The translations under genes and the position numbers were made by a program. The notes under the pieces were generated by a model. It worked only from the letters and a program-made list of their open reading frames with translations, made no database searches and had not been told where the DNA came from. A stretch of 64,000 nt of DNA from Polyangiaceae bacterium. GTDB lineage: Bacteria; Myxococcota_A; Polyangia; Polyangiales; Polyangiaceae. The stretch is taken from assembly GCA_965222375.1 (NCBI GenBank), contig CBDCTZ010000015.1:896001-960000 (forward strand). Reading direction: 5' to 3'. Shown here piece by piece: positions 19,021 to 27,335 of the stretch (position 1 is the first letter of the stretch; every line of letters starts with the position of its first letter).

Positions 19021-19446
19021 ATGCTTGAGAGGGTGGAGTCCTCCAATGGGGAGGAGGGATGGAAATCGGGGCGAGGGGAACTCAGGATCGTACATCCTGC
19101 CCCTGGGCTCGTGGTGTTTCGCGAAACGGGGTTCCTTACAGCCGACTTCGCCGAGCACGTGGAGCGGCACAGCAATCAGGCTGCCGAGCGTGCCAGCAAG
19201 ATTCAGATCTTCGTCGATGCCTACGACCTCGTTGGATATGATCCTGAGATTCGAAACTCGGCAACGAGTTGGCTCAAGGCCCATATGGACGTCGTGGACG
19301 CTCAGCATATGTTAGTCAACTCTCGGTTGACCAAGATGGGCCTGACCGTCGCAAGCCTAGCGCTGGGTGGAGTGATCAAGGGCTATCACACGCGACAACC
19401 CTTCGAAAACGAACTTGCGGCAGCAATCCGTCGAGCCCGCCCGTAG
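19021..19446 (+). CDS. STAS/SEC14-like hypothetical protein
   Basis: GAGG SD; IFVDAYDLVGYDPEIR...HMLVNSRLTKMGLTVASL pattern. Confidence 0.7.
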   Translation: MLERVESSNGEEGWKSGRGELRIVHPAPGLVVFRETGFLTADFAEHVERHSNQAAERASKIQIFVDAYDLVGYDPEIRNSATSWLKAHMDVVDAQHMLVNSRLTKMGLTVASLALGGVIKGYHTRQPFENELAAAIRRARP

Positions 19447-19493
19447 CGAATGCTTGGTTGACCTCAGCTCTGCACGCGTATTCGATGGCGCGC

Positions 19494-20165
19494 ATGAGTG
19501 ACGCCAAACGTCGAGCGGCAGAGGCCGCGCTGGAGTTGTTGCCGGAGAGCGGCGTCATCGGATTGGGCACGGGGTCGACAGCGACCCTGTTCATCGATGG
19601 CGTAGGGTGTCTGGTCAAAGAGGGCCGCAAGCTAGTGGGGGTGCCGACCAGTGCTCAGAGCCACGCACAGGCTGAGCGGTTGGGCATTCCTCTCTTGGAT
19701 CCGGACGGACCGTGGGAGATCTTGGTCACCGTCGACGGAGCTGACGAGGTGAGCGCAGAGCTCAACCTGATCAAGGGTGGCGGCGCCTGCCACGCGCGGG
19801 AGAAGATCGTCGCCGCGGCGTCGAAACAGAACGTGATCGTCGTGGATGAAAGCAAAATGAGCCAAAAGCTCGGTGAGCGCTGGGCCGTGCCAGTGGAAGT
19901 GCTGGAGTTTGGTCACGTTGCGACAGCAAAGCTCCTCGAGCAATTCGGTCAACCCGTGTTGCGTATGAAGGGCGGAGCGCGAGTGCTCACGGACGCGGGC
20001 AACCCCATCTACGATTTGAAGGTGGGCGTCATCGACGACCCTGGTGGACTGGAGCGCTCCCTCGCGCGGCTGCCTGGAGTCGTTGAGAGCGGGCTCTTCG
20101 TCGGTCGAGCCACCACGGTACTGGTCGCGGGCGCCGAGGGCGTGAAACGCCTAGACCGAAGTTGA
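19494..20165 (+). CDS. rpiA: Ribose-5-phosphate isomerase A
   Basis: GLGTGST, DGADEV, IKGGGA, REKIVA, PGVVESGLF. Confidence 0.97.
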   Translation: MSDAKRRAAEAALELLPESGVIGLGTGSTATLFIDGVGCLVKEGRKLVGVPTSAQSHAQAERLGIPLLDPDGPWEILVTVDGADEVSAELNLIKGGGACHAREKIVAAASKQNVIVVDESKMSQKLGERWAVPVEVLEFGHVATAKLLEQFGQPVLRMKGGARVLTDAGNPIYDLKVGVIDDPGGLERSLARLPGVVESGLFVGRATTVLVAGAEGVKRLDRS

Positions 20166-20191
20166 GTAGGCGCGCAACGGGCCGACACTGT

Positions 20192-20845
20192 CTACGCTTC
20201 ATTCGCGGGTGGTGGGTACACGTGTCCGCTACCGGTGCGTCGCGCTGCGAGAAAGCGCAGTGCATTCTCAAGCGTGGCAAACCACCGGAGTCCACTCGCC
20301 CGTACGGTTTCGAAGTCCACCAGCCTCGTGAGCGGAAGTTGGTCCAGGGTCTCTTTATATATCCGACCTTTCGGCATGTTCATGGAAAGCCAGCCCTTCG
20401 CGTCGCGGCGTGCGCTGGGATCGGCGTTGTATGCGGCGCTCCGCGTGATCCCGGGCCTCTTCACGCCGCTCGGGCCCACTAGTTCCTGACCTCTTATTGT
20501 GGAGAGCGACGCCAAGAATAGCGACTCGTATTCACGATATGCGAGCACAACGGCAGCCGGGATGGGCAAGTGCATTTCGTGTATCACACGTGCGAGTCGG
20601 GGAGCGTCATTATGCGGGCACCCGTCATCGCTATCTCGGATTAGGAGAAGCATCTCCGCGTCTGGCTTCCCTCGCACTTGCTCGCACGCCTGACGTACTC
20701 CGTCGTCGGTCGTGATCCGCCTCGGTCGAATTGGCTGAGCCCAGTTCGCGTCTGGAAGGCCGAGATCCCGCCAAAGCCTAGTTAGGAGGTTCACCACCGC
20801 ATTAACTTCGCCGTGTCCTTCAACGAGTATGTAGCCGCGTCCCAC
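20192..20845 (-). CDS. DUF4276-family TOPRIM-like protein
   Basis: ILVEGHGE and RDSDD acidic motifs, REYESLFLA; GTG start 1 bp after the ATPase stop. Confidence 0.8.
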   Translation of the reverse strand: MGRGYILVEGHGEVNAVVNLLTRLWRDLGLPDANWAQPIRPRRITTDDGVRQACEQVRGKPDAEMLLLIRDSDDGCPHNDAPRLARVIHEMHLPIPAAVVLAYREYESLFLASLSTIRGQELVGPSGVKRPGITRSAAYNADPSARRDAKGWLSMNMPKGRIYKETLDQLPLTRLVDFETVRASGLRWFATLENALRFLAARRTGSGHVYPPPANEA

Positions 20846-20846
20846 G

Positions 20847-21986
20847 CTATTCTCCGGCAACGGGCAGCTCTTGCTGGAGTCCTTCACTGGTCAGAACTTC
20901 GCCAAGCGTCATCAGTCCTCTTTTCACGGATGACTGCTGTGCCGCGCTGATTCGCCGAACAGTCGTGCCGCTCGCATTGCGTTGAACTGCGCGAACGCAC
21001 TCGGGAGAGACAAGATCCAAGAACTCAGGACTATGAGTAGTAACGATGACCTGGCTTCGTTCTGTAGCCTGCTTCACAAAGTCGTAGATCAACCCTAGTG
21101 CACCTGGATGGACCGTCAGCTCTGGTTCCTCAATCGCGATAAGCGAAGGTGCTGGTTCCTGAAGCAACGCAGTGACAATGCCAGCCACTCTGAGCGTTCC
21201 GTTGGACTCCTGCCCTGCATCGAACCACTTCGTCCGCTTCTTCTCGTTCGAATCGGAGGGCTTCCCGTGGCGAAATCGGGCTGTCAGGAAACCCCCGACG
21301 GGCCGAACGTCAGCGTCATCAATGTCACCAGTCAATTGATGGAGCACAGAAACCAGTTCTGGATGCCAACTCTCCTTTGGTTGATCTCGCAAGATGCTGA
21401 CCCAGTTGTCACCGAGCCGTTCCATAGGCTTGCGCGGATCATACGGGTGCGGGCGGCGGAGGGCATCCGGGAAAATATCATAAGCCGCCATGTTACCGAG
21501 CGCACTTGCGAGTGGCGCGAAACGTTCGTCGCCAGCAACCAACGTCAACGCGAGCGCTGTATCGCTCAGTTTCGGGCTGATTCCAGGTGGCGCCTCGCGC
21601 CACTGGCCATTCTCCACCGCGTAAGCACTGCGCTCCGTCCCGGACATCAGCTCCGCGCGCTCGGACTTGACCTGATAGTCAGCGGCACTAGAGCCCGCGA
21701 GGGTGAAAGAGAAATGCGCTTGGTGCCCTTGCAGGCTCAGGTCAGCACCTAACTCAACATTGAACGGCCTTCCAGAACTCCACCGCCTGACCGCTGCGAT
21801 CCCGCTCCTCTTGGTAACCGCACCGTCCAATCCCAGGTGCATGCAATCAGCAAGGAACTGGAGCGCGTCGACGAGATTGCTCTTCCCCGCGCCGTTGGGT
21901 CCGACCAATACGGTCAGCGGTTCGAGGTCGAGAGCAACTCCTGCCGCGATGCTGCGGTAGTTGGAAATCCGTAGCCGCCTGAGCAT
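20847..21986 (-). CDS. ABC/SMC-like ATPase (AAA_21/AAA_15 type)
   Basis: Walker A GPNGAGKSN, signature ESNGTLR, Walker B IAIEEPE, H-loop TTHSP. Confidence 0.92.
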   Translation of the reverse strand: MLRRLRISNYRSIAAGVALDLEPLTVLVGPNGAGKSNLVDALQFLADCMHLGLDGAVTKRSGIAAVRRWSSGRPFNVELGADLSLQGHQAHFSFTLAGSSAADYQVKSERAELMSGTERSAYAVENGQWREAPPGISPKLSDTALALTLVAGDERFAPLASALGNMAAYDIFPDALRRPHPYDPRKPMERLGDNWVSILRDQPKESWHPELVSVLHQLTGDIDDADVRPVGGFLTARFRHGKPSDSNEKKRTKWFDAGQESNGTLRVAGIVTALLQEPAPSLIAIEEPELTVHPGALGLIYDFVKQATERSQVIVTTHSPEFLDLVSPECVRAVQRNASGTTVRRISAAQQSSVKRGLMTLGEVLTSEGLQQELPVAGE

Positions 21987-22116
21987 GACCGTCAGCCTAC
22001 CTCAGACCCGCTCACAAGGCAGACCCAGCACAGCAACGGACGGCAATCCCGTGTGAAACGTGCAGGTCAAGAGCGCCTTCCGGTGGTAACTGAAAATCGT
22101 GTGATAGCCTCGTCTC

Positions 22117-23040
22117 ATGCGCTTTCTCGGCGGTTTCGCGCCCATCGCCCTTGCGCTGACGCCGCTAGGCATCACAACACCCGCGCAAGCGGCGGATTCG
22201 TCAACCCTGGGCAGCGTCGAGTTCTTCGGCACCACGGCCTCCGTCGGCGTCTACGCCGACATCTCTGGAGATGACGATGGCGACGCCACGGCCTGGGTCG
22301 AATACCGCGTCGCAGGCAGCGGGAGCTACGTGCGCGGGCACGACTTGATGCGAATCGCTGCGGGGCGCTGGGCCGGCGCAGTGTTCTTCCTCGAGGCGAG
22401 CAAGAGCTACGACGTTCGCGTCGTCCTCGACGACCCGGACAATAGTGGACAACTCACCTCGGACCAGACCACGAGCACGCGCGCCGACGCACCGGCAACA
22501 TCAACCAGCGACCTGTGGGTCGATGCCGCCACGGGCAAAGACTCGAACCCGGGCACCCAAGCCGCGCCTTTTGCGACCATCCAAGCTGCCGCCGACAAGG
22601 CAAAGCCCGGCGACAAGGTGCGTGTCAAACCTGGCGTGTATCGAGAAAGCGTCACTCCACCGACCGCAGGCACGGAGGTCGCGCCGATCTGGTTCGTCGC
22701 AGAGGGCGCGGGCGTCGCGGTGGACGGCTCGGACCCGGCGCTCGAAAAGCCGACCTGGCAAAGTGAAGGCGGCGGTGTGTACTCCACGGCCTTCTCCGGC
22801 CAGAGCGAATATGTCGCCGCCGATGACGCGCGGCTCTACGACTACCAAAGCCTGTCAGACTTGCAGAACGCTGCTGCCGGGTTGCCCGGTGGTGGCTCCA
22901 ACGCATCAGGGGGCGGCGGGGACGACGACGGCGGCTGTGGCTGTCGAGTGCCCGCGGGCAGTGGCTCCCCAGCCCTAGGCTTTGTGTCCGCACTTCTTCT
23001 CTTCGGGGTGGCACGCCGAAGGCGCCACCGCCACCGCTGA
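22117..23040 (+). CDS. Secreted DUF1565-containing protein with MYXO-CTERM sorting signal (possibly internally deleted)
   Basis: Signal peptide; WVDAATGKDSNPGTQAAPFATIQAA...PGVYRE; GCGCRV-TM-RRRR tail. Confidence 0.8.
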   Translation: MRFLGGFAPIALALTPLGITTPAQAADSSTLGSVEFFGTTASVGVYADISGDDDGDATAWVEYRVAGSGSYVRGHDLMRIAAGRWAGAVFFLEASKSYDVRVVLDDPDNSGQLTSDQTTSTRADAPATSTSDLWVDAATGKDSNPGTQAAPFATIQAAADKAKPGDKVRVKPGVYRESVTPPTAGTEVAPIWFVAEGAGVAVDGSDPALEKPTWQSEGGGVYSTAFSGQSEYVAADDARLYDYQSLSDLQNAAAGLPGGGSNASGGGGDDDGGCGCRVPAGSGSPALGFVSALLLFGVARRRRHRHR

Positions 23041-23155
23041 GCATTCGGCAAGAAAAGGGGCTCGGCAACCGCTCAAACTGAACGCTTCTGTCGACTAAGG
23101 GTTTAGAGCAGGCACGCGAAGACGCGCGCGGCTCAGCCTGCAGCGAGGTGTGAAT

Positions 23156-23683
23156 ATGATGCGGCATCTGATCTGGATGTTAGTGGTGGGATCCGTCTGC
23201 TCTTGTGGCAAGACAGAAGGAGTCGGCGACCCATGTGTGCCGGAGGACGAAGCCAACGCCGACTTCGCCGGCTTCTCGATCAACGAGGTCAGCGTCGAAT
23301 CGCGGTCTTTCCAATGTGAGAGCCGCATTTGCCTGGTGAACCATTTCCAGGGCCGCGTCGGCTGTCCCCTAGGCCAGGCCGAGGGTGGCGGCGGCTGCAA
23401 GACCGCCACCGGTGACCCAGTCACCGTCTCCGTCAAGCCGTGGAACGCCAACCGCCCCGCACGAAGCACCGTCTACTGCTCTTGTCGCTGCGACGGACCC
23501 GACCCCGACGCTCGATACTGCGAATGCCCCAGCGGATTCAGTTGCGAACCCCTGGTCGACGACCTGGGACTCGGCTCGAGCGAGCTCGCGGGTTCCTACT
23601 GCATCGCGGACGGGACACGCTTTGAGCCCGGCGACGAGGTCGGCGACGTCTGCACCAGCTCGAGCCACCCGGCGTGCCAATGA
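23156..23683 (+). CDS. Cys-rich lipoprotein (myxobacterial ESRSFQC family)
   Basis: VCSC lipobox, GDPCVPEDE, ESRSFQCESRICLVNHFQGRV, YCSCRC. Confidence 0.8.
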   Translation: MMRHLIWMLVVGSVCSCGKTEGVGDPCVPEDEANADFAGFSINEVSVESRSFQCESRICLVNHFQGRVGCPLGQAEGGGGCKTATGDPVTVSVKPWNANRPARSTVYCSCRCDGPDPDARYCECPSGFSCEPLVDDLGLGSSELAGSYCIADGTRFEPGDEVGDVCTSSSHPACQ

Positions 23684-23741
23684 GCTGCTCCCCAGTGCTA
23701 CCCTTGCCGCCACCGCGCCCGGAAACCTGGCGACGATTCGC

Positions 23742-24455
23742 TCACTGATCGTGACACTGCATGGCGATGTTCACGGCCCGTTTCCGCATCGCCTTGGAAG
23801 CGTCCTTGGCGAGAATTGCTGCGCTGATGGCGGTTGCGCGTTTGCAGTCCCCCCGGGCGACTGCGAGCTGGGCCAACCCTAGCTCAGCCTTGATTCGCGT
23901 ATTGGGGTCCTTTTGATCCGCCAGTTCGGCCAGGGCACGCTGCGCACTGCCCGAGTCACCGTCAGCCAGCGCTTCACGTACAGCCCGCCAGCGCGTCTCG
24001 GTGTCGAGCTTCGAGTTGGCTCGGACCTTCGAGTTCACGAGGGCTGTGGGCGTTCGGGCTCCCGGCTTCACCCCAGCGGAAGCGGATCCCTGGGGCTCGG
24101 ACAGGACGTCGGGGGAGAGCTTCGGCGCCTCGGGCTCTACCTGGGTCAGGGCGCGCGCAGCTGCACCTTGGCCAACACTCACCGTGTCACCCAGGGGCGG
24201 CACCGGCGGGTCGCCGAGCAAGGCGAAGCGACTGCTTTCGCCCGACGCCCATGCCAAACCCGCACCAAGCACGATGAAGATCACGGTGAGCTTGCCCGCC
24301 TGCCGACTGAAGGAGCGCCGCCGAGCCGAGCGCAAGCGCGGACGAATACGCCGCACCGCACCCTCGGTATCTGCCTCGGTCGGCACCGCCGCCGACCAAG
24401 CCTCGCGGGCGACTGCGAGTGCGCGTTCTTCTTTGGAGGAGAGCTCTTGGGTCAT
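23742..24455 (-). CDS. Putative membrane anti-sigma factor with C-terminal TPR-like helices
   Basis: Overlaps the sigma stop by 4 bp (ATGA); N-terminal helix, TM segment, linker, helical C-terminus. Confidence 0.7.
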   Translation of the reverse strand: MTQELSSKEERALAVAREAWSAAVPTEADTEGAVRRIRPRLRSARRRSFSRQAGKLTVIFIVLGAGLAWASGESSRFALLGDPPVPPLGDTVSVGQGAAARALTQVEPEAPKLSPDVLSEPQGSASAGVKPGARTPTALVNSKVRANSKLDTETRWRAVREALADGDSGSAQRALAELADQKDPNTRIKAELGLAQLAVARGDCKRATAISAAILAKDASKAMRKRAVNIAMQCHDQ

Positions 24456-25045
24456 TTCTGTTCTCCTCCGAACAGAGGATCGATGCTGAGCCGCTCGCCG
24501 AGCTTCTTGCGCGCGTCACGAAGCCGCGAGCGCACCGTGCGTTCGTTGGCACCGACGATCTCGGACACTTCCTTGAGGGCCATACCCTCGAACTCGACCA
24601 ACACCACCACGGCACGCTTCTTTGCCGGCAGCGTATCCAGGGCCGCGTGCAGCCGCCGCGCGCGCTCCAATTGCAAAAGTGCGGCGTCCCCGTCCCAGTC
24701 GGATTTGCGACGATCGAGTTCGGCACTGTCGCTTGGAACGAAACGTTTCCGGAAGCGACTACGCCATCGGTCATTGTCGACGACGGTCCGATAGGCGATT
24801 GTGTAGGTCCATGTCGTGAGTGCACACCGACCATCAAAACGTTTGAGGGACTTCAGGGCTCGCTCGGCCGCGGCCTGCACCAAGTCGTCCAAATCCTGGC
24901 GGGGCCCGGCCAGCGCCGCGACCTGGCGATACAATATGGCGAGCAGCTCCGAGGCGCAGGGCAGCTCTCGGGTGCGGACCGAAGGCAGGCCTATCGCCCC
25001 CTCCTCGGCGCCAGCCACCGTTGCTACCAAGCCATCGTCAGACAT
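24452..25045 (-). CDS. ECF (sigma-70 group 4) sigma factor
   Basis: DLDDLVQ, FDGRCALTTWTYTIA, region 4 LKEVSEIVGANERTVRSRLRDARKKL. Confidence 0.92.
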   Translation of the reverse strand: MSDDGLVATVAGAEEGAIGLPSVRTRELPCASELLAILYRQVAALAGPRQDLDDLVQAAAERALKSLKRFDGRCALTTWTYTIAYRTVVDNDRWRSRFRKRFVPSDSAELDRRKSDWDGDAALLQLERARRLHAALDTLPAKKRAVVVLVEFEGMALKEVSEIVGANERTVRSRLRDARKKLGERLSIDPLFGGEQK

Positions 25046-26054
25046 GAGCCTCTCGCAAATATTAGTCGATCGGGAAGCAGGGCAGGATCGGTGCCCCTGG
25101 CAAAAGCCGACAAAGCCGCGAAAACCACCGACAACAGCGGCTCTGGCGCTGACCCTACTCACATGCCTCGCCGCCACCGCTGCGACGGATGCTCCCAGTG
25201 TCAGCACGACCTGCGCGGAGCTGAGCGACGACGAGGCGGACGAGTTGGCGTCGAGGCTCCAGCTGACGCTGGCTGCGGCCAAGGGGACCGAAGCGGAGAT
25301 GCCCCGCAGCGTTGTGGTGGCATGTGACAAGAAGCGCGCCTGGGTGATCTGGGACCTACCGCCCGCCGAAGTGCTGCCCGTCCAGCCTGGGCGGCGCTTC
25401 ACCGAATCTGTGATCGAAGCCGTGGAGGGCCGCTTGCAGCGAGTTGCTCCACCGCCGACTCCGCCGGCAGCGATCCCTGCGAAGCCAGCACCACAAGCGC
25501 CTGCACCGACGACTTTGGATGCACCGGCTCCGGTCGCCGCGCCCTCCACTGCAGCGACCCCAAGACCGCAGGTCACGCGACAGTTCACCCACGGCGGCCT
25601 GAGTCTGGGCGCCTCGGTCGAGATCCTCCCAGAACCGTTCACACCACCCCTGGGTGGCCGCTTCGAAGTGGGCGTGGGCGTGGGCCTCGTCAGCATCATC
25701 CTGAGCGAAAGCGTGCGCACAGGGTCGGGCCCCGCAGGAGAAACCTTTGGTTTCGACGTCGGCGGCGGCGTGGCCTGGGGCGCGCCCTTCGACGTGCGCT
25801 ACAACGTCGGAGCGAAGGCCTTGATCGGCGTGGACTGGTTCGAGTCCGAGCGCGCCAGTGGCGTCGCGGAACTTGGCCTTCGCGGCGCGCTCTACGCCGG
25901 CGACTACGCTCTGTGGCTGGGCATCGACGGGCGCTACCGCATGGGTCCTCAAAGCTTCGGCAGCCCCGTGAATGTCAAACTGCCGCACCTGTCAGGGCTC
26001 ATCACCGTCGGCGGCGCCCTGCTGGTCAAGGTCAGTCGCCGCTCCGGAGAGTGA
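25044..26054 (+). CDS. Secreted protein with C-terminal outer-membrane beta-barrel-like region
   Basis: Hydrophobic signal-like segment, Pro-rich linker, alternating Gly/aromatic strands; start uncertain. Confidence 0.65.
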   Translation: MSLSQILVDREAGQDRCPWQKPTKPRKPPTTAALALTLLTCLAATAATDAPSVSTTCAELSDDEADELASRLQLTLAAAKGTEAEMPRSVVVACDKKRAWVIWDLPPAEVLPVQPGRRFTESVIEAVEGRLQRVAPPPTPPAAIPAKPAPQAPAPTTLDAPAPVAAPSTAATPRPQVTRQFTHGGLSLGASVEILPEPFTPPLGGRFEVGVGVGLVSIILSESVRTGSGPAGETFGFDVGGGVAWGAPFDVRYNVGAKALIGVDWFESERASGVAELGLRGALYAGDYALWLGIDGRYRMGPQSFGSPVNVKLPHLSGLITVGGALLVKVSRRSGE

Positions 26055-26185
26055 GCCAGGCCGCAGGCGCCAACGCGATGCGCGGCCCTTGGGGTTGTGC
26101 ACGCTCAGTTGGCGCCGCAAGCGAAGTCGCAGTGCCGTGATCGCCTGAACTCGCCAATGACAGCGAACGTGTTAATGTGTGGGTA

Positions 26186-27136
26186 ATGGTATCGCCGCGG
26201 CTGCTGGGAACTACGTGGGTTGCCCTGAGCTGTGCTGTCGCTTGTTCGGCGAAAGATCTGGATGAGTTCAACGCGGGGGGCGGAGCCACCGGTGTGAGTG
26301 GTGGTGGCAACTCGGGTGGCGGCGCAGGAGCGTCGTCCGGTGGTGGCGGAGGCGTCGCCGGCAGCGTGACCGGCGGCAGCAGTGGCGTTGGGGCGACCGG
26401 CGGCAGCGGTGGGGCGACCGGGGGCGGCGCTGGCGTTGGCGCAACGGGAGGCATCGGAGGATCTGCGGGTGGCAGTGGCGCGACGGGCGGCGTCGGCGGC
26501 GCTTCGGGCGGAGCGGGCGGCAGTGGCGGCGCATCAGGCGGAGCGGGCGGCAGTGGCGGCGCTTCGGGAGGAGGAGCAGGTGGCGCTTCGGGCGGAGCGG
26601 GTGGCAGTGGCGGCTGCGGCGCACCAACGATCACGAACTGGAGATCCCCCGGCAAAGCGGTGGACGTCGATGGTGGCGCGGCCTGGTCATCGGAGCTGAA
26701 CATCGCCAAGAGCGACGACAAGCACGCCGAGGCAAAGATCGTCGGAACCGGCAACACCAAGGTCCTCAATGCCTCCGCCTATGGTTTCCAGATTCCCACC
26801 GGAGCCAAGATCTTGGGAATCGAGGTGTCCATCGAACGTTCCGCAAGCGTCATGTCCGCTGTTCAGGATATCGGCGTACGACTCGGAACCAATGGCTCCG
26901 CCCAGAGCATGGTCAAGAAGAAGAGCCAAGACTGGCCCACGACCGACGCCTACGGGATCTACGGCTCCGCCACCGACACCTGGAACTTCGCCGGCCTGAC
27001 ACCAGCCGTGATCAACTCCCCGACCTTCGATACCTACTTCGCCGGGCGCTGCTACGACCCGCTCAATTGTGCCTCGGGCGTCGAAGTACGAGTGGATCAC
27101 ATCCTCATGCGCATCGCATATCAACTGTGCAACTAA
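26186..27136 (+). CDS. Gly-rich lipoprotein with C-terminal beta-sandwich domain
   Basis: AVAC lipobox, long Gly linker with 30-bp GGASGGAGGS repeats, domain containing GFQIPTGAKILGIEVSIER. Confidence 0.8.
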   Translation: MVSPRLLGTTWVALSCAVACSAKDLDEFNAGGGATGVSGGGNSGGGAGASSGGGGGVAGSVTGGSSGVGATGGSGGATGGGAGVGATGGIGGSAGGSGATGGVGGASGGAGGSGGASGGAGGSGGASGGGAGGASGGAGGSGGCGAPTITNWRSPGKAVDVDGGAAWSSELNIAKSDDKHAEAKIVGTGNTKVLNASAYGFQIPTGAKILGIEVSIERSASVMSAVQDIGVRLGTNGSAQSMVKKKSQDWPTTDAYGIYGSATDTWNFAGLTPAVINSPTFDTYFAGRCYDPLNCASGVEVRVDHILMRIAYQLCN

Positions 27137-27236
27137 CCCGCGACGCCGCATCAGTGAGGGATTTGGTTTTGGGGTTTGGGGGCTGGGCGCCTTTGTGGCT
27201 CCCTGCATCCGTCAATCTCGCCAGCCTGCAATTTTT

Positions 27237-27281
27237 CGAGAGTAGTGCACCTGGTCGAATAGAGATGCGACCCCAACCAAA
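27237..27281 (+). repeat. Dispersed intergenic motif, copy 3
   Basis: CGAGAGTAGTGCACCTGGTCGAATAGAGATGCGACCCCAACCAAA. Confidence 0.75.
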
Positions 27282-27335
27282 CAACCAATACCGAGTCGCA
27301 GGTCGGCATGACAGCTGCAGTGCATTGCAGTCACG

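Noticed and set aside
19269..19484. Long N-terminal extensions in the ORF track (rpiA here; likewise hemY, grpE, both ECF sigmas, TetR)
   Set aside because: Most overlap neighbouring genes or the tRNA and none shows family similarity; downstream starts fit better.
23156..23683. Naming this lipoprotein cglC
   Set aside because: Only a vague Cys-pattern resemblance; cannot be supported without a search.
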